DNA of 64,000 nt from Octopus vulgaris (GCA_951406725.2 OX597822.1:52390001-52454000), one strand, 5' to 3'; counted from the stretch's first letter, positions 25,246-39,950 are shown. Numbers and translations are program-made. The notes: generated from the sequence alone by a model not told the origin.

Positions 25246-26499
25246 TAACTGTCACAGTATAGAAACATTTCTCATGGCACCAGCACACAATTTACAGATG
25301 CTTACATTTTTTATATTTCCCGTGAATTTTTCACGGGTGTAGCTACTAAATAAATAAACAAACAAACAAATAAACAAATGAATATATAAATACTACGGGT
25401 ATTTTGTTCAATTTTCCAGTGAATCTACTAGAATGGTATGAAACCAATGAAATAATAACAGAATGTAGGAAGGTTGGAGTATGTCTGTGTTTACATGATC
25501 ATGTAAATAAATGTAAATATTGCTTGTGTAGAGAAGTTATTTTCGGAAAGGGTTAATAAATAGATATATGAGTAAGTTAATGAATGAAAGAATATTAAAA
25601 AAATCAATTAGACATAAAAATAAGTACATACCTTGATTTAATTTATGAAAAAGGCTTCCACTGTTATTTCCTATATGAATAACAAAACATATGATATAAA
25701 TATGTACTCCTTTTCTCCTCGTCTCGATTTTCTCTCTCTACCTCCCTCTATCTATCTATCTCTATCTCTCTATCTCTATCTCTCTCTATCTCTCTCTGCC
25801 TCTCTTTTATTTACTCATATCTCTTTCTAGTGCTCGTGTATTGTCTTTGTCTTCATATCTCTCTTTTAATTAATTTATCTACCTTGTCTCTCAAATGAGA
25901 AGTTTGTTCCAACAAATGACTGAACTTTGTCCTCCAATTTTTTAGTACTATTCGACCTTCCCCCAATCCGATATTTAATGGTTCTGATGAGAAGCCACAA
26001 TTGTATTTAAACACAAATAAAGATGTATTAATCAATATAAAAACAGATCTTTTACGCTAAAGGAAAAACAAGAACGGGCAGCACCAGACGATAAGAACAG
26101 TTTCAGTTGAGAAATCAAACGCGAATCGTAGATTCTCCCGGCCGAGTACTTACCAAACTGCACTAAACATGAACTTAACCCTTTATCTGTCTAAGGCATT
26201 TTCATAAACGCCTATGCTTGTTTTCAGACTTTGTTTTGCTTCATATGATTTGAGTAATATAAAGCTTATTTTCATAAGTTCCAAGTTACTCTGCTGATTG
26301 AAAGAAAATTGGAAATGTGTATCATACAAAATGAATGGACGCCAGGGAAATATGTCTTCTGCATCATGTGTGATGCACAGGATAGGCAAAAGCATAAAAC
26401 AGCTATTTGTGTATCATACTTAATGTAAGATATGCATAAAGTAGGTAGGGAAACTGAAGCAACGATTCGGTTGCCGTGATAGTATGGGTCTCAGGTTTT

Positions 26500-26720
26500 T
26501 CCATCGAGGTCCACAAGACACTCGTCTTACTTATTCCTTTTTATTTCATATTGTGTCTCATTCCTCCCCAGGCTCCGAACAAACCACTATATTCCCAAAT
26601 GCTTACTACTCAAAATATTTTCCCCTCTGGAATTACTCTTCCAGTATATTTTACCAAGAGAACGTTGACTTGCAGTTGTTCAAAGATAAATTCAATCGCA
26701 TCCAGCTTTTCCTCCAGACT
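26500..26720 (+). mobile_element. LINE (CR1/L2-like) ORF2 3' remnant
   Basis: PRLRTNHY and PLWN....F.ENVDLQLFKDKFNRI resemble RT C-terminal tails. Confidence 0.45.
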
Positions 26721-26958
26721 AAACCATTTAAAAAATTTATCAGAATGTATAAATAAAACTTGTTATACTAAGCTTACATCACAAGCCAGTTGTTAACAAT
26801 GAGAAAACGCTACAGTGACTATTTTTTCTGTAAATAAAATCAACAGTTAGATAGTTGCAGCTGACGAGGGACGAATCGCAAAACTTTCTCTCTCCTGGTT
26901 CTTTGACACCCGATTTGACTATTGGCTTAATTTTCCGCATGAATTATATGATGTAGAA

Positions 26959-27487
26959 CAATGTTTTCAACCATTTTTTTACCCGTGGACCCCTTTGATT
27001 CATATCTTTACTCGGCTTGACTCTCATATCCATTTGGGCTTTAAAAAATTCCATTATATTTTCATAATTAAATATTATTCGGAATTGTATAAAAAAAAAT
27101 TAACACCTTTTGTGTAAGGTAGAAGTATAACTGTGGAGGCACGTGGCTTAGAGGTTAGGGTGTCAGCATCATGATCGTAAGATTGTGGTTTCGATTCCTG
27201 GACCGGGCGATGCGTTATTTTCTTGAGCAAAACACTTCATTTCATGTTGTCCCAGTCCACTCAGCTGGCAAAAATGAGTAGCGCTGCGATAGACTGGCTT
27301 CCCGTTCAGCTGGGGAACACACACGTCATTGAAACCGGGAAACCGGGCCCATAAGCCTGACTAGGCTTTAAAAGGGCACATTTATTTATTTTTTTAGAAG
27401 TAAAGCCAATACATTGCACATAAATTTTAAAAACAAAATCCTATATGGACTTCTAAGGACCATATGGACCCCGACTTAAAACCACTG
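26959..27487. mobile_element. hAT/Charlie-like MITE interrupted by a tRNA-derived SINE (about 27131-27395)
   Basis: Ends caatgttttcaacc / ttaaaaccactg; 8-bp TSD atgtagaa / atgcagaa; inner SINE flanked by tagaagta. Confidence 0.65.
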
Positions 27488-28076
27488 ATGCAGAATATGC
27501 CGATTCCATTATAAAAGGAATGGCTTAATAGCGGTTTCTGATTTAGGCACACGGCCAACAATTTGAGAGCAAAACGGTTTGTCATTTACATCGACCACAA
27601 TCGGTAATTTACTGGTTCTTTGTTTTATCGACCCTGGAGGGATAAAAAGCACAGCTAACCTCAGCAAGATCTGAACTGAGAAAGTAAAGAGTTGTAAAAA
27701 AGCGTGCATAATAATGGTTTCAAGCAGGGAGCGCTACATTCAGAGAACAGAATGCATAGAAAATAAGCAGGATAAATAAATATGATTTAGAGTTACTCGC
27801 ACAGTTTTGAATACCGAATTAGTCAACGTGGTTTCATCTTATTTATTTAATCTTACATAGTTATTTTTAAAACAAAAGCATAAAACAGCTATTTGTGTAT
27901 CATACTTAATGTAAGATACATAGGCAGAGGACGAGGAAGAGAGGGAATATATCTAAATAATGTGTATGTGTGCCTGTATATACATAGTGAGAGAGGAGAG
28001 GCGCGTGTTTATGAGCAGTGCGTGTGTGCGTGCGTGCGTGCGTGCGTGTGTGTGCGTGTGAGCGTGTGCGTGCGTA

Positions 28077-28146
<70 letters not shown>

Positions 28147-28881
28147 CCTCCATAATAAAACATCAACACGGATAGTAAGCTTGCTTTCATTTCTTATTAC
28201 TTTTTGCTTCTTGTTTTATTTAATTTAATTTTAATGTAATAAATATTTTTACTTCTGAAAAGTTAGTTCTTTATTTCATCATTTTAAGTAAAACATCAAG
28301 AAATTTGATAAAAGTCAATTATGTTTGCCATATTTCATTACTAAAGGTGGTAAAAAAATATGCATCCAAAATTACCTGTCACATGACGATTAACCCTTTA
28401 GTTTGCGAATAATTTTCAATATATTTTAATAAAATACAGGTTGCAAGCAACCAAAACATAATTTAAACCACTCGGTTCTGGTGTGTGTAAGATTTCGACA
28501 TACGGGGCGAATTTAAACTGAAGCATATCAACAGTACACCAGACCAATAACCCAGACTGTGCAATATCAAAAGTCTAAATTCTCTTTGTTGAGGCCTAAT
28601 TTTCACGTTAATTAATAATCTCTATCTTTTTATCTCTAGGTTTATTATTATCTCGATATTTTGCGATATTGATTATCAAAGGTTAGAAATATAATTGATA
28701 ATTTGATCACAAGTATTAACACTTGACATATAAGATTTGTGGCATGTTTGCACTAGTTGTATAATAAAAAGTTAGCTTTATCGTTTTTCACTAGTATTAT
28801 TGAAGCCTTATTCTTTTGTTAGTCTTTTTTTTTTTTTACTTCTGGGAACATCATGCATTGAAACAAAATGTGAACAAGCGT

Positions 28882-29349
<468 letters not shown>

Positions 29350-29475
29350 TTCATGTGAATATGGTGTTGCCATACTCAAATCCATCCCAGTAGCACTTCT
29401 TGTTCTTCGTTCTTGTGACGATTCGAAACAGCAGACGCGTGTACGCTATACACACACACACACAAACACACACAA

Positions 29476-29506
<31 letters not shown>

Positions 29507-29839
29507 CAGACATATGTATGTGTATATGCATGTATATCTGTTAGCTTTCACAAAACAATGATTAACAGTGATTTCAAAGTTTAATGCTATTTTTAGATGC
29601 ATAAATTGAAGCGAAAATAAACATTGATATATGTAACTCTATGGATATACACACCCAAACATATACTTGTGTGTGTGTGTGTGTCCGTGTGTCCTTCATA
29701 GCAATTATTGACAATCCAAGGAGCGCAACGGTGCAACTCAATGCTATATAAATCGGAGTTAATACCCCTACCGCCAACTTTATATTTACAGATTCACAGA
29801 TGGTGTGTTTTCTCATGACTTCTTATACCTTACGTTATT

Positions 29840-30141
29840 TGCATTATTTACAATTGATGGATATTTGTCCTCATCTTGTTTGTAGTTAACACAACGTTTC
29901 GGCTGATATACCCTCCAGCCTTCATCAGGTCTCTTGGGGGAAATTTCGAACCTGGGTTCTCATTCCTAAGTTTATTTTTCGATGTTGTTGTTGTTGTTGT
30001 TATTATTATTATTATTATTAATTTATTATTAATTTATTATTATTATTATTATTCAGGTCATTGCCTGGAATCGAACTCGGCATCTTGGGGTTAGTAGCCC
30101 GCGCTCTTAACCACTACGCCATATGCCCGTAGTGCATATGG
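29840..30141 (-). mobile_element. tRNA-headed short element carrying a hammerhead ribozyme motif
   Basis: A box TGGCGTAGTGG, B box GAGTTCGATTCC, (AAT)n spacer, then hammerhead core. Confidence 0.75.
29885..29935 (-). ncRNA. Hammerhead ribozyme motif (minimal type I-like)
   Basis: CTGATGA-a-GGCTG-gagggtatat-CAGCC-GAAAC-gttgt-GTTA: intact core boxes and 5-bp stem II. Confidence 0.7.
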
Positions 30142-30412
30142 TATAGAACGCAATAACACAATGATTCAAAAATATATGGAGGCTTCTGTTTGACCCAAAA
30201 ATACCCTGAGATACCTGTTGAAGGTATACAAGGATTTCTAAGACTGATATAGATTTACTCACCACCGGAAGAGTTTGCAACATAGTTAAGTAGCTCCTGC
30301 AGGTTTTCTGCTTATAGAAAAGGAATTTGAATGTTTATTTCACCTACACACAAAGCTACACAAGCATACACACACACACATGCGTGCACACATATGCACA
30401 TCTATAAACACT

Positions 30413-30502
<90 letters not shown>

Positions 30503-30506
<4 letters not shown>

Positions 30507-30812
30507 CGTCACCGTCACCGACCAGGCTATCAGATGTTGCTACACATCGCTGGTCACAATGCGTTTCGCATTGTTTTAGCCTTCAAATGACGCCACCCCG
30601 CTGGCTAAGCGAGCAGGCCAACAGAAGAAAGAGTTAGAGAAAGTTGTGGCGAAAGAGTACAGCAGGGATCGCCACCACCCCATGCCGGAGCCTCGTGGGG
30701 CTTTTATGTGTTTTCGCTCAATAAACACTCACAACGCTCGGTCTGGGAATCGAAACCGCGATCCTACGACCGCGAGTCCGCTGCCCTAACCACTGGGACA
30801 TTGCGCCTCCAC
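30503..30812 (-). mobile_element. tRNA-derived SINE family C (relative at about 49800-50165)
   Basis: Head GTGGAGGCGCAATG..CAGTGGTTAGG, B box GGTTTCGATTCC, (GGTGAC)n tail. Confidence 0.8.
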
Positions 30813-32969
30813 ATATATATATATTGGGTAATCCGAAAAGTAATGCGGTTTTTTCAATTGCATAAACTAAAAGTCGGAGTGGGACGTGATGAACTACCTG
30901 CATCAACTTGTTCTTATTCAAAGGGCAAGTTATCAAGAGTGCAACGTGTATATTTATATTTACATTTAAGGCATCCAATCTGTAGGGTCTTCATGGATAA
31001 TGCAACATCCATAAAACCACCAAAGAAATACGGCAGACTCTCAGCTCGCTAGAAAAGTACTGCGTGGTCATTTATGAAATTCAACCCAAGGAAATCTCGA
31101 ACCCTGACTATTCAACTATTCAGGGAAAAAGCAGTCTAATGCTTTGAAGAGAATTATAATGATAGCCTGAAGGGCAACAGCAACGCCAAAAATATTAAAA
31201 CTCAACGAAACAACTGACTTTGTGTAGTTGACAAAATCGGCATTTGGAAGAATTAAGATATGATGCTTCCAATGTGGCACCATAACCAGACAGCAGTGAC
31301 TGTTCCTGCTTTATGACTGTCCTATGAATCAGGTGAAGGCCATTGAAAGATTGGGCGATAAATTCGTTTGATGATGGCAAGGTGTTCTCCAACATTCCCA
31401 ACTTCCAGCTTTACATGCCTGTACAGCAAAACCTCTACTATTTCTATCAGTGACTGAGGTATTCAAAACACCTAAGGTAAAAGCAGTCAGTATATTGATT
31501 CTAGTTAAGAACAACAGAAGGCCAGACACCCCAGAAATGGGAAGTTCTAGAGTTCGGCAGGAAGTGGAAGCCACAGGGGAATGTAAAGGAAGCAGAAACG
31601 TATTGGAAGTACCTGGATATTGTTGCCTGTAGTTAGTCACGGTAGCTATGACTTCGTAACAAAAGGTGTAGAAATAGAGCAGTGGATCTGAGATTCAACA
31701 GAGTAAAATCGCCGTGTAAAAGCGACTTACCTGCTAAGAACAATGTCTACAGTGGAACAATGCTCCCTGGTTATACCTACCCTGAGAGGAGACCTGGCTA
31801 ATTATTCTTCCTTCAGTTGCAGATCCGAAATAACCTTAAAATATAGGACAAAAAGAATATCCATCCTGTAAGGTGCTCGGAGCAATAATTTTCACTTTGA
31901 ACTACATTTTGATGATCTAAAACAATTGAAAAGAGTGATACAAAATAACGTCTTGTCGAAAATTACGAAGTGAATAAACTTGCAAAGAATTAAGAACAAC
32001 TAGCGGCAGGAATTACTACTCAAAAGTATCGGACCACTAAAGAAAGGTAATAAGGCACCTAGAGCAAAATCAGTTGCTAGGGACCTGTTTTCTATCTTGC
32101 ATCAAGACTCGACTCTGATTGGGATATGCAAGTGAAACGGAAGGGTAGACTCATCTCTCCTAAGAAGCGACAGTAATATTTGACCTGAACCGACATGTTC
32201 CTTGTATCCAGGAGCACAAAACGGTCATCTTGGGCGGACTCACAATACTCTGGGAAGACAGACTAGACATTTCTCTTTAATTGTAGAAAACAAATACCTT
32301 GACCAAAGAACTTGATTGATAAAGTTTTTATCAAAGGATAGCACGCAGTATCATTCTTCACTGAAGTCGGCTGTCGCGATTTCCCAACATAGTTTAGTGC
32401 GATATTTTTTGCAGAACTTTGGTGTATAGCCCAAAACACCTCAAGGAAGGTAATGGCAAGATAGCCATAGAAGCTGAGACAAGCACAAAGTGGTTGAGTT
32501 TGCCAAGAGATCAGAGATGGAACTCTACAGTAAATGAAAGCTAATTCTGTCTTCAGTGGAAGCAAAGCAGCTGAGGAAAGAAAAGTTTGTGACACTGAGA
32601 TACCTGTTGAAGATACAGAAGGGTTTCTAAGATTGCGAGAGCCTTAGTCACTACCAGAAGAGTTTGCACCATCTTTAAATAGCTCATGCGGTTTCTTTTT
32701 TGTTGGTTGGTTTGTTTTTTTTTGTTTTGATTATATTTTTGTTTGTTTGTTTTGTTTGTTTTTTTGCTTAGGACAAAATATCTCGGTTCATCTACACACA
32801 AAATTACACAAGCAGGTTGTTACTCGAGGGAGAACAGAAAGAGTAGAAGTTTCGAACTTTTTCAGATACTACAGAAATGTCCATAAAAGAGTGGTAGAGA
32901 AGAAATATGATAAAAGATACTGGAAAAGCACATGTAGCATATGTGTGTTTGTGTGTGTATGTGTATAGG

Positions 32970-33036
<67 letters not shown>

Positions 33037-33049
33037 GTGTATGTATGTA

Positions 33050-33133
<84 letters not shown>

Positions 33134-33139
33134 TATATA

Positions 33140-33354
<215 letters not shown>

Positions 33355-33364
33355 ATGTATGTAT

Positions 33365-34049
33365 GAACCCAGGAAGACATGGGATGAGGTGGTGAAGCAT
33401 GACCTTCAAACAATGGGCCTCATAGATACAATGACGGGAGACCGAGACCTTTGGAGATATGCCGTGATTGAGAAGACCCGACAACTAAAGTAAGATCGCA
33501 GCCATGGCCGATACCAGTGTTGCATATCCGGTCCACTTAAGAGAACACCTGATGCGTCGGGCGATATGATATGTATGAGAAGACCTGTTGAGTCAGGTAA
33601 AGTCAAAATCGTAGCTGTGGCTCCCGGTTCGGTGGCATGTAAAATGCATCATCCGAACGTGGTCGAGCCAGTGTCTAGCTCCCTTGACTAGCTCCCGTTC
33701 CGGTGGCACGCAAAAAGCACCATCCAAACGTGACCGATACCAATACTCCTTGACTAGCGCCCATGCCTTGGCACGTAAAAGGCACTATCCGAACGTGATC
33801 GATACCAGTACCGCCTGACTGACCCACGTGCCAGTGACACGTAAAAAGCACTATCCGAATGTGATCGATGCCAGGCCCACCTGAGTGGCTCCTGTGCCGG
33901 TGGCACGTAAAAAGCACCCACTACACTCTCAGAGTGGTTGGCGTAAGGAAGGGCATCCATGTTGAAACATTACCAAACCAGATTGGAACCTCAGTCAAAC
34001 CAGACCTCAGTCAAACCGCCCAGCCCATGTTGAATGATGATGATGATGA

Positions 34050-34050
<1 letters not shown>
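33365..34050 (+). mobile_element. RTE-type LINE 3' end with about 60-bp tandem repeats in the 3' UTR
   Basis: PRKTWDEVVKHDL..MGL...MT.DRDLWRYAV.EKTRQ*; repeated ggcacgtaaaaagcac(c/t)atccgaacgtg; (GAT)n tail. Confidence 0.75.
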
Positions 34051-34099
<49 letters not shown>

Positions 34100-34439
34100 A
34101 TATTATACTATATTATATTATATTATATTATATTATATTATATTATATTATATTATATTATATTATAAATTACATTAAATTAAAATTGCGTTCTTATCCA
34201 AGTTACTTTTATGAAATGCGAAGTAGACAAAGGTGAGTTCTACATTCAGAACATAAAGGGCTGGAACTAAACACCTCAGACATTTTGCTTGTATCTAATA
34301 AATTTACCAATCCACTGCCTACAAAAAGATGAAGTCTTTGGTTTGAAAATAACAAGCTTCATTTAGGGCAATGAACACGCCCCTGAAGTTTTTCGTAAAC
34401 ACAATTTTTAAATTTTAAATGAAGAGAAGACTATGTTGC

Positions 34440-34663
34440 TTTCTCTCTCTCTGTCTGTCTCTCTCTCTCTCTTTCTTTCTTTCTCTCACACTTCACTCTT
34501 TCTTTCTCTCTCCTTCTCTCTCTCCTTCCCTACCTCTTTCTTTCTCTCTTTCCTCTTCTCTCTCTTTACCTCTTTCTTTCTCTTTTTCTCTCTCCCTCCT
34601 TCCCGCTCTCTTTCTCTTTTTCCCTCTCTCCATCCTTCCCTCTTTCTTTCTCTTTCTCTCTCT

Positions 34664-34696
<33 letters not shown>
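34440..34696. repeat. CT-rich polypyrimidine tract
   Basis: Directly visible. Confidence 0.9.
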
Positions 34697-34701
<5 letters not shown>

Positions 34702-35264
34702 ATAAGAATGCCTAAATACAGCTCATGTATGACTGTTGAATGTGTGAGTGTACATAGGTGGCTTTCGGTAAAAGAGGGTCAGTTAATTATGATTTTATTC
34801 AACATATTCCCCTCTCAGATTCACTCACTTATTACTTTGGTCCTTCATTTTTTTTCTAAGCTCCGTAAAAGAACTCGGAAGGTCGGGCCTCCAACCAAGC
34901 CTTTCGCGACACCCTTAAAGCCACAAACTTTTCAGTACATCTCGTATGAGTGCATGTCTAAATTTATTCGTGAATTTGTTTATAAGTATAATGTGTGTAT
35001 GCGTGCGTATATAAGTTTATGAGTGTGTCTGTGAAAGTTGCATGCGTGCCTGTGTTCGAGTGTGTCTCTAAGAGTGAGTATGACTGAATGCATAAAAGAA
35101 TGAGTGTATGAGCTAAAATAAATGCACGTTTAGATGTATATTTCATTATGTAGATCGCAATGAAAAACCTGCGAAAGTTTCCTTCCCGTGTTGCAAATCT
35201 AGGGCAGCAGCATTCCCATTCTATGAAGAATCATGAAGTGGCACTCAATATTCATCAACACTAG

Positions 35265-35962
35265 GGTGGCGAGCCGGCAGAATCGTTACCACACCAGGCA
35301 AATTGCAAAGCGGAATTTCGTCCGTCATTACATTCTGAGTTCAGATTCAGCCAAGGTCGACTCTGCCTTTTCGGGTACAATAAAATAAGTACCTGTTCGA
35401 CATAGGGAATATGCTACAGACGGATGAAATACCTATTTCTTTATTACCCACAAGGGGCTAAATATATACAGGGGACAAACAAGGACAGACAAACGGATTA
35501 AGTCGATTACATCGACCCCAGTGCGTAAGTGGTACTTAATTTTTCGACCCCGAAAGGATGAAAGGCAAAGTCGACCTCGGCAGAATTTGAACTCAGAACA
35601 TAAAGACAAGCAAAATACCTATTTCTTTACTACCCACAAGGGGCTAAACACCGAAGGATAAACAAGGACAGACAAACGAATCAAGTCGACTACATCGACC
35701 CCAGTGCGTAACTGGTATTTAATTTATCTATTTCTTTACTGCCCACAAGGGGCTACACACAGAGGGGACAAACAAGGAGAGACATTCGGATTAAGTCGAT
35801 TACATCGATCCCAGTTCACAACTGGTACTTAATTTATCGACCCCGAAAAGATGAAAGGTAAAGTCGACCTCGGCGGAGTTTGAACTCAGAACGTAACGGC
35901 AGATGAAATACGGCTACTCATTTCGCCCGGCGTGCTAACGGTTCTGCCAGCCCGCCGCCTTA
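35265..35962. mobile_element. SINE family B cluster: one plus-strand head followed by a minus-strand multimer
   Basis: Repeated core and tail; shares junctions with 24830-25245. Confidence 0.85.
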
Positions 35963-36190
35963 TGTTTCGATGAATTTCGTGCTAGCGAATTTAGGCAAGT
36001 GGTAACAATGTCTTCATATAGGTTTTGCTTCACTGTTTTTCTTGGGATTTTTTCAGTTACCAACATGGCTTGGTTCAGTGTTGAAACGTTCGTCAGCTGT
36101 AAAATTTGGAAGGTTTTTCAATCGCGCCCCTTAATCCCAGCATGTTGGAATAAAACGGAACAGAATTCAAACTGATATTATATAAAGTGT

Positions 36191-36374
36191 TTTATTTATT
36201 TAGTTAAAACATTATTTCGATATTTTAGTTTAAACGCCTTGACGGATCTGAAATTTCTTGTCGGTATTCATGTTTTAAACTCATCTTCACTTCCCCATTA
36301 ATTATTGCACTATTTACATGAAGCACAGTTTTTATTGAAAAATATTTCCAGTAACTGTGGAAGTTCATTTTATT
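36191..36374 (-). terminator. Candidate polyadenylation signals of gene B
   Basis: AATAAA on the minus strand at 36369-36374, 36331-36336 and 36191-36196, downstream of the stop; AT-rich background makes this weak. Confidence 0.35.
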
Positions 36375-36395
36375 ATTAATATTTTTTTTTTCTTT

Positions 36396-36481
36396 TTAAC
36401 CTCTATTCATTAACTTCACAGCCAGGAACACCATTAAGAAACCGATAATTGTCATGCATACGCCTAAAGCAGCCATGGAAC
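36396..36481 (-). CDS. Gene B last coding exon, TM helix: (G)SMAALGVCMTIIGFLMVFLAVKLMNRG*
   Basis: Acceptor ttttttaatttcAG at 36482-36483; phase 1 fits the previous exon; about 21 hydrophobic residues then K and R; TAA at 36396-36398. The ORF track shows a different frame. Confidence 0.85.
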
Positions 36482-36584
36482 CTGAAATTAAAAAAGTTAA
36501 AAATTAATAGGTTAATGAGTAAAAGTAGACAAGTGGAACGCACACACACACACACATACACACATACATACATATATACATACA

Positions 36585-37153
<569 letters not shown>

Positions 37154-37234
37154 CGAGACAAAACCACTATTTTAAAACCAAACAAGGAAAGACTTAATCA
37201 ATACATAAAATTTTAATATAAATTAAATAAACCG

Positions 37235-37277
37235 CCACTACAAATGTTTCATGTCTGCTCCGAGAATCTTCAGGTGG
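37235..37277 (-). ncRNA. Hammerhead ribozyme motif (type I), probably in a Penelope-type terminal fragment
   Basis: CCAC-CTGAAGA-ttctcggagcagacat-GAAAC-attt-GTA-GTGG: stem I CCAC/GTGG, GUA triplet, weak stem II. Confidence 0.55.
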
Positions 37278-37389
37278 ATTTTCGATCGGATGTGTTCTTC
37301 GCAGCGCATTCATTTTAGCACTTCTGAATCAAACATAGTACACCTATGTAATTTCTTTATATATATATAAATATAAGAGAGTTTAGTTG

Positions 37390-37425
<36 letters not shown>

Positions 37426-37451
37426 TATATAAATATAAGAGAGTTTAGTTG

Positions 37452-37485
<34 letters not shown>

Positions 37486-37508
37486 GATAGACAGACGGAT
37501 AGATAGAC

Positions 37509-37609
<101 letters not shown>

Positions 37610-38149
37610 AGCACAGATATGGCCGCGTGGTTAAGACGCTCGCTTTGCGCTGCGTGGTTTTGGATTTAGTTGCACTGTTTCTAAAGCCTCGGATCCCACC
37701 AATGCTTTGCAAGTGAATCTGATTGACCGGGAAAAGCTAGCCTCGGTAGAACTGGAACTCAGAATGTAAAGGACCGGAACAAACACAGCAAAGCGTTTTG
37801 TTCGACTCCCTAACAATTCCCCAACATTTTACCACGCTTACATGTTAACGTCTTAGCCGTCTGTCGCAATCAAGTATGGCCCTAACATTTTTACTATGGT
37901 TTCTGCTAATTGTTTTAGATTGCTACGTGTTCAAGATCAGACGTAGACACTCAAAGACCCTCTCAGACTTGAGGATAGGGGATAACGTGATAGCTGGAAG
38001 GAGGAGGGTTGCACCAATCGTCGGCAGCTACAATTTCCTGATGAGTAGACTGAAGCAAGGTGATATACTTTGCCCAGGGACTCAACACTCCACCTGAAAC
38101 AGGAATCGAACCAAACAACTTGGGCGTCCGCCTTCTTTTATATATAGAT

Positions 38150-38372
38150 GTAAATATTGCTTTCGGGTTTTGGCACAAAGCCGGCAAGTTTGGTGGAGGG
38201 GTTAAGTCTATTACATTGACCCAGTTTTCAACTGGTACGTATTTTATCGACCCCGAAAGGACGAAAGGCAAAGTCGACCTCGGCGGAAATTGAACTCTGA
38301 ATGTAAAGATGGACGTATTGCCGCTAAGCATTTTACCCGGTGTGCTAATGGTTCTTCCAGTTCGCTGCCTTA
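38150..38372 (-). mobile_element. SINE family B, diverged
   Basis: Core tttatcgaccccgaaaggacgaaaggcaaagtcgacctcggcgg. Confidence 0.8.
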
Positions 38373-38715
38373 ATGTAGTGTAAATGTTAGAAGGAAATTT
38401 CTAACTGTAAAGATGAGGTTAATAACCCGGTGTATTCTAGTCGTATTAATAATAAATCATCTCACATGAATCATTAAAGAAGCTTAATCATTTTAATGAT
38501 TTTAAACGTTGGTAGAAAGCTAAAAATTGGAGAGTGCAGAAAATATATCGATTAATTGACCTCAGGAATTGACCGCTACTTAACTTATCGAACCGTTTGC
38601 TCTGTTTGTTCCGCCATCCATACAATGTTTCTAATAAATATTCGGATGTACGTGTTTCTACACGTGAATGGTGTGAATTGAAGTTTGTGTATGCATAAGT
38701 ATGTGTGTCTAAAGT

Positions 38716-39590
38716 AGAGAGGGAGACACAGAAGGAGAGAGGGAGACACAGAAAGAGAGAGTGAGACACAGAAAGAGAGAGGGAGATACAGAAGGAGAGA
38801 GGGAGACACAGAAGGAGAGAGAGACACAGAAGGAGAGAGGGAGACACAGAAGGAGAGAGGAGACACAGAAGGAGAGAGACACACAGAAGGAGAGAGGGAG
38901 ACACAGAAGGAGAGAGGGGACACAGAAGGAGAGAGTGAGATACAAAGGTAGAGAGGGAGACACAGAAGGAGAGAGTGAGACACAGAAGGAGAGAGGGAGA
39001 CACAGAAGGAGAGAGGGAGACACAGAAGGCGAGAGGGAGATACAGAAAGAGAGAGGGAGACACAGAAGGAGAGAGGGAGACACAGAAAGCGAGAGTGAGA
39101 CACAGAAGAAGAGAGGGAGACACAGAAGGAGAGAGGGAGACACAGAAGGCGAGAGTGAGACACAGAAGAAGAGAGGGAGACACAGAAGGGGAGAGGGAGA
39201 TACAGAAGGAGAGAGTGAGACACAAAAATAGAGAGGGAGACACAGAAGGAGAGAGGGAGACACAGAAGGAGAGAGTGAGACACAGAAGGAGAGAGGGAGA
39301 CACAGAAGGAGAGAGGGAGACACAGAAGGAGAGAGGAAGACACAGAAGGGGAGAGGGAGATACAGAAGGAGAGAGTGAGACACAGAAGGAGAGAGGGAGA
39401 CACAGAAGGAGAGAGGGAGACACAGAAGGAGAGAGTGAGACACAGAAGGAGAGAGGGAGACACAGAAGGAGAGAGGGAGACACAGAAGGAGAGAGGAAGA
39501 CATAGAAGGGGAGAGGGAGACAGAAGAAGAGAGGGAGACACAGAAGGAGAGAGGGAGACACAGGAGAGAGGGAGTCACAGAAGGAGAGAG
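38716..39590. repeat. 20-bp minisatellite (GAGAGGGAGACACAGAAGGA)n, about 43 units
   Basis: Directly visible. Confidence 0.95.
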
Positions 39591-39950
39591 AGAAAGATAC
39601 AGAGAGGGGCGGATAAAGTGGAGAGAGAGCATTAATGCTGAATTTTAAGTTTCAAATAAAATAGGATGAAGTTTATGCAGAAATCTAAGAAAGAATTAGT
39701 AAAAGCAGTTGGATGTTCATTGAAGATGCTTCTTGAATGCATAATGAAAGTGATTTCTAAAACAAAAAAAAAGCATGCATAAAAGAATCACGCCAACAGC
39801 AATTATTAAATTTTTTAATAATGAATAATATAATTAATTTTTTAACATATAAACTGAATTGATTGTTGAACAAGAATAAACATTTTTTCTTAATTTCGTT
39901 TTTAATTTTGAAACTGTCCCCTTTCTGTCTTTTTTCACCATACATACATG

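Noticed and set aside
26860-26920. CTGACGA as a hammerhead core (also CTGATGA near 56496)
   Set aside because: No properly placed GAAA box or stems
30170-32700. Related blocks at about 30190-30310 and 32590-32700 with nearby short ORFs
   Set aside because: Probably an old repeat family, but no protein family or termini could be assigned
36403-36585. ORF-track frame FHGCFRRMHDNYRFLNGVPGCEVNE
   Set aside because: Phase of the upstream exon selects the other frame, which encodes a TM helix
38488-39635. 300+ aa ORFs on both strands
   Set aside because: Translations of a 20-bp minisatellite
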